Origin: Vitrella brassicaformis CCMP3155
Lineage: Eukaryota > Protista > Chromerida
NCBI GenBank assembly: GCA_001179505.1
Contig: CDMY01000347.1
Location: 186,001-250,000, forward strand
Length of the DNA: 64,000 nt
Reading direction: 5' to 3'
In this document: piece by piece, positions 1 through 11,589 of the stretch
Numbering within the stretch: position 1 is the first letter of the stretch
How the letters are laid out: each line of letters begins with the position of its first letter
The notes under the pieces: model-generated
Databases searched by the model: none
What the model was told of the DNA's origin: nothing
The model's input: only the letters and a program-made list of their open reading frames with translations
Translations under genes and position numbers: made by a program

Positions 1-2407
1 TCTTTGCACTCTTGAGAGGCCTCGGCGTGGTCAACTGAATCAAGAAGGGGAGAGGGACAACGCACACACGCAGCGACACACACATGGATGGATGGATGGA
101 TGGCAGGGCGGCCCACCGACTCACTCACTCACCGATGGGTTCGGGGTAGTCCTGTCCGATGATGCACTTGGCCTCCTCCTGGACGGCCTTGGGGGCCTTC
201 CAGGGCTCGTAGACGTACTTGTCGGGCATGTGACGCAACTCGGGCACGTAACGCCTCACGTACGCACCAGCTGGCATCCACCCATCCATAACACACCACA
301 TACGACACACACGGGTGTCTTGCAATGGCCACGTATGGCGTCGGTGGTTGGTGTGTGTGTCCTGCTATTGCATATATATACTTACTCGGATCGTATTTCT
401 TAGCGAATGTGGAGGGGTGGTAGATGCGAAAGAACTGGTAGAAGAAACACGAGCACGACAGCCACATCCAGTTGCCTGCCGCACACACACACACATTGGT
501 TGCCCCTTTGTCCTCATGTGTTCCCTCCTCGTGCGAACGCACCGTTGTTGATGGACCAGTCCGCGTCGATGAGCAGCTCATCGAACGTCTTGGCACCAAC
601 TTCCCAACTGCAGAACAAATCACCCTGCACACACCACACACACACAGAGAGAGAGAGAGCACACAGACAGCATGCACGCCCCCTGCCTCAAAGTTCCCTG
701 TGTGTGTGGTGTGTGTGCATACCCTGGTGAGGAAGCAGGCGACGGCATGTCTGGCGAGATGGTGCATCCAGCCCTCACGCCGCAGCTGACGCATCGATCC
801 AACCCCCCACAGCACAGGCCGCACATCCAATGGTGTGCAATGCAGCGGTGCGGTGTAGTGTTGTTGAGTGCATCATCGTGTACCTGCCGCATGGCGGCGT
901 CAATCCATGGGTAGCCCGTCTTGCCCTGCTGCCAGGCCTCGATCCACTCCTCACTGTCAACCACACACACCACACACAGAGAGAGAGGGAAGGAGAACGA
1001 GCACGTCCAAACACACATCAATGTGGTGTGTGGTTGGGTGTCTGACTCACTTGTTGACCCATGCGATCTGTCTGCATATCTTGTTGCCCGCCATCCTGTC
1101 ATAGTTGTTCGTCGCGTAACCAACTAAGCAAGACCAGACCCCCACACACACATCAGCCAGCCGCCCACCCTCCCACTCCATCACCCACCCATACGCACCC
1201 GTGTAGAAGAATTCGCGCCAGTAAAGCTGCCCCAGGAGCGACACGGGCGGCTGCGAGTGGCCCTTGTGCCGCTTGTAGATGGCCAGCAGATGGTGATAGA
1301 ACTTGCGAGCCGACACACAGCCGAACTTCATATAGGGCGACTGCAGCGGAAGGCAGACAAACCGAGAGATGGGAGGCGGCTCTGTGGGTGGTACGGTAGG
1401 TACCATTTGTGTGGTGCTGGCAGGGTTGAAGTCCGTCGGCTTGGTCTTGGGCTTCTCGAACGTTGCGATCCACCTGCACACACACACAGACATTTCCTTC
1501 TCCCCACAGCACCATCCCCAGCCCCTGTGCGTCCATTCTCACTTCTCATTCCTGGTGACGTCATGCAGCCTCTGCAGCCCGACAGTCTCGCCGCCCCTCA
1601 GCACGCCGTTGTGGGGGGTCTCCTCGCAGCCCATCTCCTGCAAAGTGGGCACACTGTAGCTCTCGTCCACCTTGCCCAGCACGGCGGCAGGGGGAGCCGG
1701 GATGGCTGCCGGGGCGTCCTTATCCGTCTGTGGCGGACCGATCGACTCTACCATCTTCACAAACGGACCTGCCATGCCATACACACAGATGGATGGATGG
1801 ATGGATGGATGGATGCATTTGTTGATGTGCTGTGCATGCCTCTCCTGGCGCACCATATGAGAGGGGTGGAGTGCCTTTGAACTTCTTGAGTATCTCGTCC
1901 AGGTCGAACAGCGTGTGTCCCGGGCTGACCGTCACCTCCACGCCCCCCTCCTTGGCTATCTTGGTCACCTCGGCGTCGCGGCTCCTGGCGTATGGCTCGC
2001 TGTCGAACTCGTAGCACAGCTTGTCGACGGCGAAGGGCTGCTTGTCCTTGAGCAGCGAGCGCATCACGTCCAGGGGGTTGCCGCGCAGCACAATCAGGCG
2101 GCTGTTGTACTTGGTCTTCAGAGAGGTGTCCAGGTCGGTCAGGCACTCGAGCAGGAACCGGTATCGGTTCACGCCCACCTTGCCCGGACCTGCACCCTCA
2201 CGAAGTGATCCACCCCATACGTGTGCTGTCTTCCTGGTGTGGGGCGTGTCTGTGTGAGCGTGTGTGCGCGTGGCGCTCACCGACGAAGTGCGGGTCAATG
2301 ATGAAGACCGGGTAGACATGCGTGGCGTCCTTGCAGGCCTCGAGCAGCGCCAGGTTGTCGTGCAGACGCAACCCTTTGCGGAACCACAACACAGCCGACT
2401 TGCCCAT
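1..2407 (-). CDS. (6-4) photolyase / animal-like cryptochrome; multi-exon, 3' end runs off the window
   Basis: N-terminus [18 protein letters not shown] (ATG 2407). Motifs [83 protein letters not shown] and YVYEPWKAP. The last visible exon [11 protein letters not shown] is at ~1-35. Confidence 0.95.
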
Positions 2408-2657
2408 CTTCTGAGGTGCTGCTCGTGCCGAGAAACACGCTCCGGATCTCTCCACTGACAAGGTATGAGCGAGGGAGGTCGCAAGAAGGTGCGACAGGAG
2501 CAAAAGAACGGCGGATAGGGCACGACGAGACCCACTCACACGCTGTCTACAGGCATTCAAAGGCATACATCATGGAAAAAACCACCTACCTCTGATTTGC
2601 GAGCTTGAGACGGGAGGGGGGGGGGGTTACCAAACAGCCTCCATCCTTTCCGTCCCA

Positions 2658-5600
2658 ATGAGTGGCAGATCTGCGAGGAACCCCACCACAATCGGGATGC
2701 GGGCGCCGTCTGTCGCCTCTCACTACGGAGGGGGGTCGCAGACAACGACGCGGAGGGTCTTGCATGAGGTGCCTGGGAGCGACATCGATGCCGAGAGTGC
2801 TGCTCCCTGGTCTCCATGTGGGAGACGGGCGACGACCGAGGACGAACCGCTGCCAGAGGACCACACAGACCCACTTCGCTCGGTGAGGAAGCAGCATGGG
2901 GAGACAGACGGCGCATATGGAACACACGTGATGCTGTGATGTATGGGTGCAGATTGCCCTGGACGTGGAGCATTGGGAGATGGCCGCCACGCCGCGAGGA
3001 AGGAACGCACACAGGCTCTTTCAGGACGTAGGTGCATACGGAGCGGATGGATGGATAAGTGAAGGCATGCATGGTCGGTTACTTACAGGGTTGCAAGGCC
3101 AAGGTGCTGGACCAATTCACGAGTGCCATCAAGATCTACAAGTAAGTACGTATCCGCCTTGCAACGCCTGATTGCGCACACGAACGTCGGCCTGATTGCC
3201 TGCCTGGCTGAACACAGGAAGTGTCTCGAGGAGGACCCGCGTCACTTTGGCGCGCTGATCAATCTGGCCACGTCCTACATGCGGCTGCTCAAGTTCGACA
3301 AGGCCCTCGCCCTCTTCGACACCGCCAGACATATACACCCTAGACGACTCAAGGTGCACAAGGAGGATCGATCTCTCCCTCTCTGTCTGTCTGTTGCAGC
3401 AATCAATCCATCTCTTCTTGCTTTGTTACAGGTGCATTTGAACCAGATGGTGTGTCTCTTCCAGCTGGGCAGATATGAGGACGTCTTGTCGGTAGCAGAT
3501 CGTGCTGTCGGGCTCAGCAAGGAGATGACCGCCAGCAGGGGCAAGAGGAAAGCGTATGTCGTGGCGGGGGAGGACCCATCGGGTGCTGGAGGCCCTGAGT
3601 ACGGCAACCTCCACTACTGGGGGGCTGAGACGACAGGCCAGCGGGCCGAGACACAGGAGGAGATGGCTGTGCTCTTCAGATACAGAGGGCTCGCCAACTT
3701 CAGACTCCAGGTTCCAGACACGCACTCGATCCCACTTAGACCTTCCATTGATGTGTGGTGCAGAATTTTGAGGCTGCAAGTGAGGATTTCATTGAGGCCA
3801 AGAGGCTGTCGTCGACAGCCAGGAGAGAAAAGGACAAGACACCAGCAGAGGAGCAGAGGGAGGCGGTGCGGCGTCTCGATGCTCTCGCTGCAGCCAATTT
3901 CCTCAGCGCATCGGCACCGGCTGCTGCAGCAACTGGCGGTGCCAAGACAGAGAGGGGAGACACCCAACAGCAGCAGGTGGACAGCCAGTCGCCCACATCA
4001 TTTCGCCAGGCCGATCGGAAACACGTGACCACCAAACACAGCGTCGGACAGCCACAAGTCACCGCCAGGCACGCAGACATACATACGACACATCTCACTT
4101 GCTGGATTCACTCTCTTTATGTGTGGGTGTGTGTCGCCATCGGTAAGGTCAGAGGACAGCCGGCGTGCCAGCGATGAGGACACACGGACGGAGAGCAGCA
4201 AGAGCAGTTCGGCAGAGGGAGAGATGGGGGAGGGGTCCAGGGGTGCGGGTAGGGCGCAGGTCGACGAGATGAAATGGACCCAGCTGACCCGAACCAACCT
4301 CAGGAGGCTCGTCCAGGAGATGGCCAGAGACACCTCGGAGCGGAACCTCAGTGTTGTCGCCACACTCGTAAAGGTGAGACATGCACCCGCACTCACACCC
4401 ATCCCCCCTCTCAGAGCAATGATGTCCCCATCAATGCCTGGTTACAGCCTCTCCGCTTCTTTCGAAAGCTGAGATCTCGATCGCAGCGAGAAGACCTGCT
4501 GGCGGAGGGTAGCGTGACGCACCATCCCGCCAACAGCGTTGTTTTTCGGCAGGGTGATCTAGCCGAGTTTATGTACGTCATTTTAAGCGGCATATGCACG
4601 GTGTCTGTCAAGACCCCCGGGCGGCCCACAGCGATCGTGGTCAACACCATGTACGATGGTCAGGCCTTCGGCGAGACATCTATAACTGGCGGCCATGAAG
4701 CGGAGAGGGGCACACGGGGAGCCACTGTCACAACTGCTGAAGACACCTATCTGCTGCAGTTGGACCCACACAGATACTTGGAGATCATTGCGCGAGGGAC
4801 GAGCGGCGAGAAGGACCTTTCCTCGTTCGTGTCGCAGCTTAAGAGGACGCCATTCTTTGCTGGATGTGCCAGCCATCACCTCTCGCAGCTGCCGATCCAC
4901 GTCAGAATAAAGGTGAGACCAAAATGTCGCTCTCACCTGTGTGTTGAACGTGTGTTCCTCTCTCTCTCTTTTTCTCTCCAGAGGTTTTCTTACGGCGGGG
5001 AGGTGCTGCGACGCGGCAGGAAGCCGGACGGCCTCTACATTCTTACACAAGGGCTCTGTCGACTGGTCATTCCCCCTTCTGTCGTCAACGAATTCAAACG
5101 ACAAAGGGCCGAGGAACGAGCCAACATACAGGTGCGGCCGCCATCCGCCGCCACACGCATCCGGGAGGAGCCTCCAAAGAAGCCTCAATTGATCGTGGAG
5201 ACGTCCTTCGACGAGCTGCCATCTATGCCGTCTCCCCACGCGTCCCCTCTGCCCCTATCACCGGCTGTCAGGCAGCAGGGGCAAAATAACTCGAGACATG
5301 GAGGCCTGCTGGGGTGGGCGAAATCCTCGCTTTTGAGCCGGTCGAGTGTTGCTGCCACTGCCCCCAGTGCGAACGGCTCCATGACGGCGAGACCCTCTGT
5401 CGCCGTGTCAATGACGAACGTGGGTGAGAGGCGGGCGACGGACGCCGGCACAGACAGGCGGCCGTCCACTGCGAGAAGCGTTGGCCAAGAGACACCGCAA
5501 TTCGTGCGGTCTGAGCTACTGGACGAGAAGCTCATCGACGAGGGAATCACCTATAGTCATATCCGTCCTGGCGGCTTCTTCGGTGTGCGCGCGGTGGAGG

Positions 5601-6402
5601 ACCAGAGGATTGCCGACACCGCACAGTTCAGCGTGGTCGTGGCCTCTGCCTCTGCAGTGTTCTACGTCGTCACTCAGAAGGCACTCGACTACCTGCCAGG
5701 GCAGGTCGGCCAAACAAGCCCGCACCGAGACACATACATAGATGTCTATGCTGGCTGATTGAGTGGTGATGTCTTTGGGCTTTCTGCAGGTGAAGACAGA
5801 GGTGATGCGGGGCATCAAAGCGTCGAGCGATCCGGCCCTCCCAAAGGGCGACGAGATCATCGAGGAATTCCTTGCTCAAGAAGAAAAGTACTGCACAGTG
5901 CACACAGATGGGAATACCACAGACAGGTCGCATGGCCCTTCTTGCCTACAGATGGCAGCGTTACAAGATGTCTGTAGCCCGCTCCGAGCCTTCCAAGAGA
6001 CGGCACGCCATTCCACCCACAGACCCACGCCGCCTCTTTATCGACACAAAGAGGGCTGAAACAAAGACCGCTTCCCTGCCCAAGAAGCCGTCCTTCACCA
6101 AAGCACTCCACAGAGCCCTCCTGCTGCCATCTGCAGAATCTGATGCTGCCAGCGACCTGAGGATGACCAAGACGACTCCATACGTGCCATCGACAGTGCG
6201 GACAGCCCGACCTGCTGCGAGTGTGGCGTCGTCGCGGCCAATCACGCCGGTGCCGATTGTTGAGGCGGCAAGGGGGTATGATGGTGGTGTCACTGTGGAG
6301 GAGAGGGGCCAGGCCAAGAGAGATCGGCCGATGAGTGCGCCGCTGGGGCGGCAGTTCGAGAGAGCGGAGAGGCGAGTGATTCGTGTGAGGCCCCACTGGT
6401 AG
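2658..6402 (+). CDS. TPR-repeat plus tandem cyclic-nucleotide-binding (cNMP) domain protein; multi-exon
   Basis: TPR-like helices (FGALINLATSYMRLLKFDKALALFD; VHLNQMVCLFQLGRYEDVL). cNMP domain VVFRQGDLAEFMYVILSG...GQAFGETS...RGATV, and a second degenerate one (FSYGGEVLRRGRKPDGLYILTQG...GGFFGV). Start inferred from splicing. Confidence 0.8.
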
Positions 6403-6780
6403 AGACACCAAGTGAGTGTGTGTTCACTTTTATCATGGACGGACCGCATTGATTCACGCATTCGATTGTTCATATGACGCGTGTCTGCACGGAATCGAGT
6501 TGTCATGGAAGGAAATTACAGTCTGCACAGAGTGTTTTGAAGGCAGACACTCACCCGTCCGGTCACGAATTGTCGCATACACAGCCAACGAGCTATTCAT
6601 GTGCGCATGTGGCTTGTGGATTAAGATCAAATTAGAGTTCGCTTCAGAATACATCAGTATCGCCTTTTGCCCCGCCGCACCTCAAAGCAAAGTTCCCATG
6701 TGTCTCTCACGTAGCTATAATGCAGCCATAAATCTTGAATCACACTCACAGTGGTCTATGCACGTATTTCTCACTGTCAG

Positions 6781-8602
6781 TTACATGATCACGCAGCAGC
6801 AAGGACGCCAGTACTTCTTCATGATACCCAGAACCTCAGGATTGTCCTCTACCATATCCCACGGCGTCTGGAACTATCACCGGATGAGCCGATTTTTCAA
6901 GGTGAGCAAACACTTCAGATACGCTTGCTCACCTTGTTGTTCCTGACTCCCAAGAGCTCCCCGCCGCCCCATTCCAGGCTGAAAGAGAAAGAGAGAAGTG
7001 GAAAAAAAGGGTTGGATGTGGATTCGCGTCATTCTCTGTGTCTCTCACAGCTGAGACACAGCTGCAGACTGGCCTTTGTTTGCAGCGATATGGAGCGCCG
7101 TGTGGCCCTCCTGTATGTGTCGTGCACACAGGGAAAAGCAATCGAGCAGACGGGAGGCAGTCTGTGAATTCCTATGTCTCTCACAGGCTTCGTCTTCTGT
7201 TTGAGCAGGTACTTTCCCCCTTTGGCAAACATGGCCTCCAGCGCATGAACGCTACCCTCGTACGCGGCGTAATGGAATGGTGTGGCGCCATCCTGTAGTC
7301 AACACACACACAGACACATGCACATGCACAAAATCGACACAGTGAGGCGTCGGAGACATGTGTGCTCCCTTACGTTGCCGCGTCCATCGAGCAGTTTGGG
7401 TTCCCACTCCAGCCTGGGTCATGCAGGGGGAGAAAGGAGAGAGAGAAATACGGGGTGGGATGTTTCCGTTATCAATCTGTGTCTCTCACAACTGAGCCAC
7501 CGCCGCGGCGTTATCAAATTGGGCAGCGAAAAGCGCTGTCTGTCCTGCCTGAGTGCACCATGCACAGAGGGACGGCAATCCAGCAGGTGCAAAAGATTGT
7601 TCATCTTCATATTTGAGTTTCTCACGCTGTCTTTTCTGTGTGAGAAGGTGATTTTTCCTTTGTGTGGGTACCTCATTTGTTTGCTGAAGGATGGCCGGCC
7701 CGTATTTCTCATACATCACCGACATGACGCCAGCCTGACCTTCATGGGCAGCCTTAAGGAAGGGTGTGTTCTGCAGGGATGAGAGCAAGTAGAGCGCTGA
7801 GCGCTCTCTGTCATGTTCAAGATCGCATACCGAGTATTCTCCTGGTGTGTCGAGTATTTTTATGCCGTGCCTCTCGATTAGCTGCGTGATGGACTGCACA
7901 TCCCCAGCTTCCACCGCTTTCAAGATGTCGAAGCCTTCGGGGGGCTGCAACGGGCCGTCTGCACATACACCCACCCACAAAAACGCCTCTCTCTCTCCCC
8001 CCCTCCCCTCTCTCCCTGTGTGTGTGCCTGTGTGTGCTGACCGATTTGTGGGTCGTCAGTGTTCGTCAGCTGCGTCACGTCGAAGCGGAAGTCGCTCGGC
8101 TCGTAGCCCAGGACGATGCGCACACGCTCGCCTGGCGAGTGGAGGCCAACTGCAGGATACAGGAGGCGGTCGTGCGGATGGCCGTCGGCCGCCTAAAGAG
8201 TGAATGTCACACACCACACGCAGGCACAGTGTCCAGCCATCTGTGCCAGCGTCTATGGGCTATGTCTGCTGAGGCTACATTGAGCTGCACGCATCGGACA
8301 TTCTGGAAGCCGATACCTGACACACACAGACAGGAAGACAGGGTACTGGTGTGTGTCGATTGTGTGTGTGTGAGGCCGCCGGGTAGGCGTGTGTGGGCAC
8401 CGAGGATTTCTCCATTCTTGGTGAAGAAGATCTTCCTCTGTCTCCTGAGCAGACCGCAGCCGATCACCGTACCGGACGGCCACCTGTGGATGGAGTGCCA
8501 CATCCATCCATCCATCCATCAGACGCAGAGACAGATGAATGGGTAACCAAGCAATCTTACGGATGGCTCTCGTCCCAGCCAATGCCGTGGCCTGCACACA
8601 CA

Positions 8603-8633
<31 letters not shown>

Positions 8634-9389
8634 CGAATGGATGGATGTATGCATGTGGTGCGCGTGTGTGTTCTCTTCCTCTCTCCCCCCTGTCTGTCCC
8701 TCCCTCCCTCCCTCCCTCCGTGTGTGTGTGTGTGTCTGCACCAGCGGCGTGGAAGAGTTTGCCGTCGTCTCCGTGATAACCGTAGCTAAACGCGTCCCAT
8801 CCCACTTGCCTGCAAACAAACAAGGCAAGGCTGTCTCTCTCCATCTACGAGTTCGCGTCCAGACCTTGCAGTGTTATAGTCTGGCGGCACCACTCCGACA
8901 GAGATTCTGCAGTGCTCGCCCGCATCCACAATCTCCACCTCAAAGTAGCACACGTTGGCGGTAACGGGCCAGGGGTCACTCGTGTGCAGGACCGCTACCG
9001 GCAGATCATCGCCTGGCGGCCTGCTAACACACACACACACACACAGGGAGAGAGAGAGAGGCATGCAGAATGGTTGTGTGTGGGGGAGGGTCGGGGAGGG
9101 GGCGTACTTGTTGGCAGGAGGGATGTACTCGTACTCGAAGGGGCCGTGAGATCGCAGAGTGGCTGGCAACCTTCACACGTGGACAATTGCACATGGACAC
9201 GTGTGTGTGTGTGTCTGTGGAGATCGCGTGTGTACGTGCTGTGCATGGCGTGTGGACGCTCCTCCACTATCATGCGCTTGTCGAGGAGGTCCGCACCCAC
9301 AAGTCAAGCTCGCAGTCTCGGGGGGGCGAGACGGGCGAGACGGGCGAGACAGAGACTGGGCTGGTTTTCCTTTCTTTTTTTTGCGCCAT
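6781..9389 (-). CDS. SPRY domain plus ankyrin repeats, ending in a CaaX motif (RPCCCVIM*); start approximate
   Basis: SPRY motifs CYFEVEIVDAG, TVIGCGLL..RKIFFTKNGE and LYPPVGLHSPGERV. In-frame splice QI-D-GPLQPP leads into ankyrin repeats NTPFLKAAHEG, DGATPFHYAAYEG and EGHTALHIAANKG. Stop TAA at 6781-6783. Confidence 0.8.
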
Positions 9390-9487
9390 GGTGCGGCAGG
9401 AAAGGGCGAGCGAAAGGTATTGCGAACAGGTAAGGGAAGAGGAGAGGATGGAGTGTGCGACGCTGTTTTCTTGACCATCGTCAGGTC

Positions 9488-9944
9488 ATGCCCTATCGTG
9501 TGTGGGGAATGGTGTGCGCCGTGCCATGCGTCGTTCTGTTGATCCTTGCCCTCGTCCTCGCCTTCACCGTGAAGCTTCCCGATGGTGCGCTGACGATACT
9601 GTACACATTGCTATTCTCTCGGGGGTCGGCGCGTGCGGGTTCGAGTACGGGAAGGGTCAGTCGGGGGACTGGTGGGCCGAGTTTGATGCCCTTTGGATGA
9701 TATTCGGTGAGTTTCGTGTGAGAGGGACAACGCGACGCGAGAGCGGCTGCACGCGGAGACCGAGAGCCGGATCCACTGCCCAAACGTCGCCAGATTGAGC
9801 GCCGCCGAGACCACCGCCCTCATCCACCGGTGCCAGCAGGAGTCGGAGCGGCTGAAGCAGCTCATCGAGGCCGCGAGGGCCGGCCTGGACGAGAAGCTTG
9901 CTGAGCTCCCTGCAGTAGGCGATGAACAGGAAACAAATGGGTAA
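9488..9944 (+). CDS. Small hypothetical protein with an N-terminal hydrophobic segment and a C-terminal coiled-coil-like exon
   Basis: MPYRVWGMVCAVPCVVLLILALVLAF at 9488. A probable intron at ~9708-9793 is followed by LSAAETTALIHRCQQESERLKQLIEAA...NG*. Exon phases were not fully resolved. Confidence 0.3.
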
Positions 9945-10506
9945 TCACTTTGGTTTCTTGTGTTTTAGATTGCCTGCCACACCACAGGGCGCTGTGCAAT
10001 AGGTGTGTTGCCAAAGTGTTGCGGGCGTCGAGAGAGATGAGGCTAGAGCACGGCCGACCAGTGCAGCCACGCTGCCCCTACTGCCACTTTGAATACAGAC
10101 AGTAGGTCAGTCTGCACTTTTCGAGTGGGTGGGTGAGTGAATGAGTGAGGGAGAGAGAGCTGAGACAACCCATCGATGGACAAGTTCAGCAAAAAGCGCA
10201 TCAATCTCGCCAACCAGGTGAACGAAAGGCAGAAAAGGCAATACGCATTTTGCTGCCTCCATCTTTGCAGTGGGACAATCTGGCCTCCAGTCGATCTGCA
10301 CGCGAAAGGGAGCGAGTAAGCACGTCTTGGACGTATTGGACGTCAGACACTGTTTGCCTCCCTGGCTGCGCCTTGTCAGATTCGTCGTGTGTGCAGCATC
10401 CTTGTGGCCGAAGCCAATTTTTTCCTGGTTGCCTGCAGCTGCCTTCAAGAGCACAACTTCGCCAGGACACTGACACGTAAAAAGAAACCGTGACAAGAAA
10501 CAAACA

Positions 10507-10537
<31 letters not shown>

Positions 10538-11589
10538 CCTACCTCCCTCTTTGTGTGGGCTGTTGACCTTTCCGACCAGTCACAGAGAAGTTCTCGATAG
10601 GGCTGTCAGTGTTCCGGGCATTGTGGAAAGTAAGGAGCTGCACCATTTCAGCTCGAAAGAAGAGGGCGCTGCGGGCCAGCGAGGCAAGGTAATGAGCACG
10701 TTGAGCGGACACAAAATCATTTGAGATACGTTCTTTCATGTGTATGAAGTGTCTCTGAGGGTGACGGGGCTTGGTGGATCATGCAAAGAGACGTGGACGA
10801 CAGCCTCGACTTCCTCGATGGTGAGTGGCGGAATAGATGGGAGAAATGGGAAGAGAGTGCCTGCGTCCCTTAGGCATGATGGAAGCCCTCTCCACCTACC
10901 TGTCGGGGGACGGAGGAAGGAAGGGACGGGGCGGCGTATCGTTGCCTACATTTTATATTCGAGAGTCTTGTAGGAGGCGAGACATTGCAAGTATTGATAT
11001 GTAGATTGCACGTAAGATCCTGTGTTCATACATGAGCTATTCACGCCTCTCGTGCTGACAACGAGATAATCACAGTGGCCGACAGCCGGAACATCAGCCG
11101 CTGCGCCGCCGGCAGCACCGACTCACCACCCTGATCACTCTCCCCGTCACTTTCTTCTGACGAACCATCATCACTGCACGAGGCCCCACCACTGCAGCCC
11201 GACGAGGAAGACACAAGAACGACCCCTCCCGTGTCTCCCTGTCAACATTCCCTCCCTCTCCCTCTCCGCAGATGTGCTCGGCCACACCCCATTTCGCCAG
11301 GTCGCGTGGCCCTCTGCAGCTTAGTCAGCAGGGAGGTCACGCAGATGGACCAGGTGCTGCTGGTGATGGTGACGGCTTCTGCTTGGCTCCTAAAGCTCAG
11401 CAATTGGTGGCGGTGCTCCTAAATGGTCGTCTCATCCGTCCAAACTCCTCGGGACGTCCACTGTGAGGCTGTTGCTCTATGATCCTGCAGACACGGACGG
11501 ACGGACAGATGTGTGTCCCATGTTGTGCGTGCGCTTGCTGCCGCTGCTGCTACAGTTGCTGCTGCTGACGTGTCTTGTTCTCGCAGACC

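Noticed and set aside
10107-10973. Possible spliced gene(s) at 10.1-11.0 kb on either strand
   Set aside because: No consistent exon chain or recognisable motif could be built.
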